Positions 60,463-64,000 of a stretch of 64,000 nucleotides of DNA are shown in pieces. Under the pieces are notes generated by a model. It had not been told where the DNA came from. It worked only from the letters and a program-made list of their open reading frames with translations, and made no database searches. Within the stretch, counting starts at the first letter, position 1, and each line of letters starts with the position of its first letter. The stretch is from Planctomycetota bacterium (lineage in GTDB: Bacteria > Planctomycetota > UBA8108 > SXIK01). A program made the translations under genes and the position numbers. The stretch is taken from NCBI GenBank assembly GCA_965223265.1, contig OZ244999.1, forward strand, positions 1,472,001 through 1,536,000, written 5' to 3'.

Positions 60463-60907
60463 CTCATGTCCTTCTATGCAAAGACTTTTGTAACATCCAA
60501 GCGCTCAAGTGTTGGCGACGGTGGAGAGAAGTCTGCGCGCCGCGCGAGAACGTCAACGGAGCTGAGCGCCCCTATGCTGAGAAATCGGCTCTACGCTCCG
60601 ACTTTTCGTCTCGCTGCGTGTTACCGGTCGCACTCGTTCCTTTATCGGGAGTGCATGGTTCTCGGTGCGGCGTGGTTGCTATGGGCTGTCGTTGCAGCGG
60701 GTCCTATCGAGGGCGCCGCGCAGAATCTCTCTTAGCGGGGAATATCTCTCATCGATCCATCGGTCGTCCTCAGTGGATGCGTGCGAGCCACGAGGAACGG
60801 CGTTTGCTGAAGAGGACTCGAGACTCGAGAACCAGAGCCTTGGTGTGTCGAGCGCTGTCGGCACCGACAGCATTTCCGAGATCGTTCCACCTGAGGAGGT
60901 ACTGACA

Positions 60908-61807
60908 GTGTCATCAGATCAGGCCCAAACAGGGAGCCGATGTGCGCGCGTGCGCGAGCAGAATCGACAGCGAGGGAGACTGTTTTGCGAACTTCTGGTC
61001 GCCATGACGTTCACGGTCGTAGGCGCTTCGCTCGGCGGTTGTTCGCATGTCTCGAATTCTGCGTCTGCCGATGCAGTTGAATCGACTGACTCGCCGTCTC
61101 CGACCACACTCCACTATGTCGGCTCCTCCACCGTCGCGAACTTTATCGCCGAGGCAGAACCGAACTACGGAACCGCGAGGTTTGTCATCGATACGCTGCC
61201 GGAAAGTCTCGGCGGTGAACGCGCGATCAGCAATGGCTCGGTCGATTTCGCCGGTGTCGCGCATGAGCCACTTGTGGAGACGCTTCAGACGGGCGTCCTC
61301 GCGAACCAGATCGGCGTTGACCACTTGACCGTAATCGTCCACCAGCAGAACCCGGTCACCGAGTTGTCGATCTCGCAGCTGGCTGCCATCTTCTCCGGGC
61401 GTGTGACGAGCTGGCGGGAGCTCGGTGGTCACGACGAACAAATCATTCCCTTCATTGTCGGCAACCACTCGGCAACCCATCATGTCTTTCGGGACATCGT
61501 GCTCGGCGCGGACGCAGGCTATCAAGGTTGCTCGGAAGTCAAACCGGACGGAGACTTGCCAAAGCGTGTCGAGGAGGAGCCCGGGGGGATCGGCGTGATC
61601 AGTGTGTCATTTGTCTGCGGCGCCGGCGCTGTGCGTGTTCTACATGTCGACGGAGAGTCGCCGACTCCTCCGAATCCGGCCTATCCGCTCTCGAGGCCGC
61701 TTTACCTACTCTGGCGTCGGGGGCACCCAGAGATCGCCGAGTTCGTCGCCTGGGCTGGCAGCACGGAGGGGGAGGCGGTACTCGAGAAGTGCTTTGGTGC
61801 ACGTTGA
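60908..61807 (+). CDS. PstS-like periplasmic binding protein (PBP_like_2), no adjacent permease
   Basis: GAGGAGG RBS before GTG 60908; LGGC lipobox-like; 'GSST', 'IVHQQNPV..LS..QL..IFSG.VT.W.ELGG', 'YPLSRPLY'. Confidence 0.8.
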   Translation: MSSDQAQTGSRCARVREQNRQRGRLFCELLVAMTFTVVGASLGGCSHVSNSASADAVESTDSPSPTTLHYVGSSTVANFIAEAEPNYGTARFVIDTLPESLGGERAISNGSVDFAGVAHEPLVETLQTGVLANQIGVDHLTVIVHQQNPVTELSISQLAAIFSGRVTSWRELGGHDEQIIPFIVGNHSATHHVFRDIVLGADAGYQGCSEVKPDGDLPKRVEEEPGGIGVISVSFVCGAGAVRVLHVDGESPTPPNPAYPLSRPLYLLWRRGHPEIAEFVAWAGSTEGEAVLEKCFGAR

Positions 61808-61907
61808 AGGGCAGACGTTCTTGCAGCTCATGGGTGGCCTGCACCCTGGAGGCTGAGGCAGCGCGCGGGCCGCAATTCTTGTTCTCTTAGCGGTTTAGGC
61901 GCTCCAG

Positions 61908-61936
61908 TTGACTTAGTGTTTTTTATACACTATACT
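61908..61936 (+). promoter_or_regulatory. Sigma70 promoter TTGACT-N17-TATACT for the nrtR operon
   Basis: -35 at 61908-61913, -10 at 61931-61936, 17-nt spacer, in an AT-rich patch. Confidence 0.85.
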
Positions 61937-61956
61937 TAGTGTGATAGATACACTAA
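61913..61956. promoter_or_regulatory. Two tandem NrtR operator palindromes (TAGTGT-N7-ACACTA)
   Basis: TTAGTGT-tttttat-ACACTAT (61913-61933) and TTAGTGT-gatagat-ACACTAA (61936-61956), 23-bp period; GT-N7-AC core typical of NrtR boxes. Confidence 0.85.
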
Positions 61957-61975
61957 TACATCTGTGAGCCGTGCC

Positions 61976-62665
61976 ATGCCATATAAGTACAAGTATCCCC
62001 GACCGGCATTGACTGTCGATTGCGTCGTCTTCGGCCTCGATGAGAACGACCTCAAAGTTCTATTGATTCAGCGCGACCTCGAGCCGTTCGCTGGTGCCTG
62101 GGCTCTGCCTGGTGGGTTTGTACGCGTGGACGAAGGCCTCGAAGGGAGCGCTCGACGCGAGCTCGAAGAAGAGACGGGACTGCGGAACGTGTACCTCGAG
62201 CAACTCTACACGTTCGGCGCAGTCGATCGTGACCCTCGCGAGCGTGTTGTCTCTGTCGCCTACTACGCACTCGTGAACCTGTACGACCATAAGGTTCAAG
62301 CAGCGACCGACGCGCGCGACGCCGCGTGGTTCTCTGTGGACGACCTGCCGAGTTTAGCGTTCGATCACGACCGTATTGTCGAGACGGCCCTCGAACGCCT
62401 CAAGGGCAAAGTGCGTTATCAGCCGATTGGTTTCGAGTTGCTGCCGCGCAAGTTCGCTCTCCGGCAACTTCAGGCAGTCTACGAGAAGATCCTGGAGCGG
62501 CCGCTCGACAAACGCAACTTTCGTAAGAAGGTCCTGAGCACTGGGCTTTTGGTAGAGCTCGATGAGATCGAACAAGACGTCGCCCACCGAGCCGCTCGCC
62601 TCTACAGCTTCGACGAGAAAAAATACCAGCGATTGGCAAAGAAAGGATTTCTCTTCGAGATATAG
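61976..62665 (+). CDS. nrtR: NrtR family Nudix-wHTH transcriptional repressor
   Basis: 'TVDCVVFG', Nudix box '[22 protein letters not shown]', '[14 protein letters not shown]', wHTH 'DKRNFRKK', 'RAARLY.F'. Confidence 0.93.
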   Translation: MPYKYKYPRPALTVDCVVFGLDENDLKVLLIQRDLEPFAGAWALPGGFVRVDEGLEGSARRELEEETGLRNVYLEQLYTFGAVDRDPRERVVSVAYYALVNLYDHKVQAATDARDAAWFSVDDLPSLAFDHDRIVETALERLKGKVRYQPIGFELLPRKFALRQLQAVYEKILERPLDKRNFRKKVLSTGLLVELDEIEQDVAHRAARLYSFDEKKYQRLAKKGFLFEI

Positions 62666-62698
62666 GTCACCTACTGCGGAGCAACAAGGAGGTACACC

Positions 62699-63739
62699 AT
62701 GTCGACCATCCACGGGATTGGATTCATCAAACACCTGCGCGCCGAGCCGAACCAGTTCATTCTGCACTACGCCAATGGGAAGCTGACGAAGAAGGGCGTC
62801 GGCCTGGCTTACTGGTTCAACCCTCTCTCGGCGTCGATCGCGTGCGTTCCGGTTGAGGATCTTGTGACGACGACGATCCTCAAGGAGAGAACTTCGGACT
62901 TTCAGCTTGTCTCCGTTCAGCTCACATTGACTTACCGCATTGTCGATCCGGAGAAAGCCGCGATGCGTGTCAATTTCGGCATCTCACTGAGCACCGGTGC
63001 GTGGCTGGACACTCCCCTCGAGCACCTGGCCGGGTTCTGGCAGCAGCGAGTTCAAGAGCCGGCCCGCAATATGCTCGCGAGGACCTCTCTCGTCGAGGCG
63101 CTAAAGAGTGCGCCTGAGAGAATCCGTTCGCTTCTACAGGTGCGATTTCACGATGACGGAGAGTCGAGCGACATGGGCCTGGCGCTGGTCAGCCTCGAGA
63201 TTGACCGCGTTGCTCCATCACCCGAGCTCGACAAGGCTCTTCAAACGCCGGCGCGCGAGCTTTTGCAGCAGAAAGCCGACGAGGCCCTGTTTCAGCGGCG
63301 CGCACTCGCAGTCGAAAATGAGCGAGCCATCAAAGAAAACGAGATGCAGACGCAGATCGAACTGGCGCGACGCGAAGAGCAGCTCATCACCGAGCAAGGC
63401 AACAACCGACTCTTGGACATTCGCCAGGCCGCTGCCGCCGAGCGTGAACAAGTGCAGGCGGAGCTCGAGAGAAAGCGCCTCGAGGCCGATGCCTATGCCC
63501 GCGACGTCGAGGCCCGTGCCACAGGCGATGCGCAGGCTCAGGCGGCACTCGCCGAAGCTGAGGCGGAAGGCGAAGCCAAGCGGTTTGCCGTCTGGGAAGG
63601 CGCGTCGAAGAAGGTTCTCCTCGGCCTGGCGCTGCGCGAGTTTGCTGGCAAGATCGACCACATTCAGCACCTCAACCTGTCGCCGAACGTTCTGGGTGAT
63701 GCTTTCCACAACTTTCTGACGAGCGAGGCAGAGCGATGA
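62699..63739 (+). CDS. SPFH/band-7 domain protein (NrtX-like)
   Basis: 'G.GLAYWF.PL', 'T.DFQ.V.VQ..LTYRI.DP', 'ALQTP.RE..QQ.ADEA.FQRRA.AVE.ERAI.ENE'. Confidence 0.85.
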   Translation: MSTIHGIGFIKHLRAEPNQFILHYANGKLTKKGVGLAYWFNPLSASIACVPVEDLVTTTILKERTSDFQLVSVQLTLTYRIVDPEKAAMRVNFGISLSTGAWLDTPLEHLAGFWQQRVQEPARNMLARTSLVEALKSAPERIRSLLQVRFHDDGESSDMGLALVSLEIDRVAPSPELDKALQTPARELLQQKADEALFQRRALAVENERAIKENEMQTQIELARREEQLITEQGNNRLLDIRQAAAAEREQVQAELERKRLEADAYARDVEARATGDAQAQAALAEAEAEGEAKRFAVWEGASKKVLLGLALREFAGKIDHIQHLNLSPNVLGDAFHNFLTSEAER

Positions 63740-64000
63740 ACAGCGATCGAGGTTTGCCGCGTGTCGTTCTCATCACTCGCAGAACGGCTTTGGATCACCT
63801 GATCGAACGCTTCGGTACGTTCGGGCAGGCTGAGTTCTATCTACGTTCTCGCGGCCACGGGATGGATGACTGCGTACGCCAGCATGAACTTCTAAAGGCC
63901 GCCGTGACCTCGATTCAGCAGAACATCCAGCCAGAGCAGCGTCGCGTGCGCGTTGACCGAAGCGAGCTCGACAGTTTTCTTTTCGCCGACGATGACGTTG
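63736..64000 (+). CDS. NAD-kinase-like protein (NrtY-like), 3'-truncated by window edge
   Basis: ATGA overlap with the SPFH stop; MNSDRGLPRVVLITRRTALDHLIERFGTFGQAEFYLRSRG... matches the kinase-like gene that usually follows this SPFH gene. Not listed in the ORF track. Confidence 0.7.
   Translation, partial: MNSDRGLPRVVLITRRTALDHLIERFGTFGQAEFYLRSRGHGMDDCVRQHELLKAAVTSIQQNIQPEQRRVRVDRSELDSFLFADDDV

Overview
GC-rich bacterial chromosomal window with about 45 protein-coding genes. I saw no rRNA, tRNA, CRISPR array or intact transposase. The gene content points to a Planctomycetota/PVC-type genome (inference): three 'WPQ(F/W)RG' PQQ-like beta-propellers, two ECF sigma/anti-sigma pairs, a CxPxR sulfatase, DUF4838, and 'F(L/R)RGD..' dockerin-like C-termini. 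Main blocks: an ECF/anti-sigma/secretin-N cluster (1.8-3.9 kb); an FG-GAP+dockerin secreted protein divergent from a second ECF/anti-sigma pair, both preceded by the same CGAAGGATT-N14-CAATACAA motif (10.8-17.4 kb); large secreted beta-helix/DUF4838/hydrolase proteins (17.5-30.7 kb); a group II intron 3'-end remnant followed by a frameshifted ORF (30.9-31.5 kb); a His-rich leader ending in RAPP ahead of a CzcBAC-like metal efflux operon (41.2-48.2 kb); G1PDH-like, PhoD and PLD genes; a cohesin/dockerin protein; a porin, a cytochrome c'/type-1 copper fusion and a hybrid histidine kinase in one operon opposite an orphan PstS-like gene (55.4-61.8 kb); and an nrtR-SPFH-NAD-kinase-like operon with two operators over a sigma70 promoter (61.9-64 kb). 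Best candidates for under-described systems are the heme/Cu trans-envelope signalling operon, the His-rich RAPP leader, and the ECF-controlled dockerin/cohesin surface proteins. All family calls are from motif recognition by eye, with no database searches.
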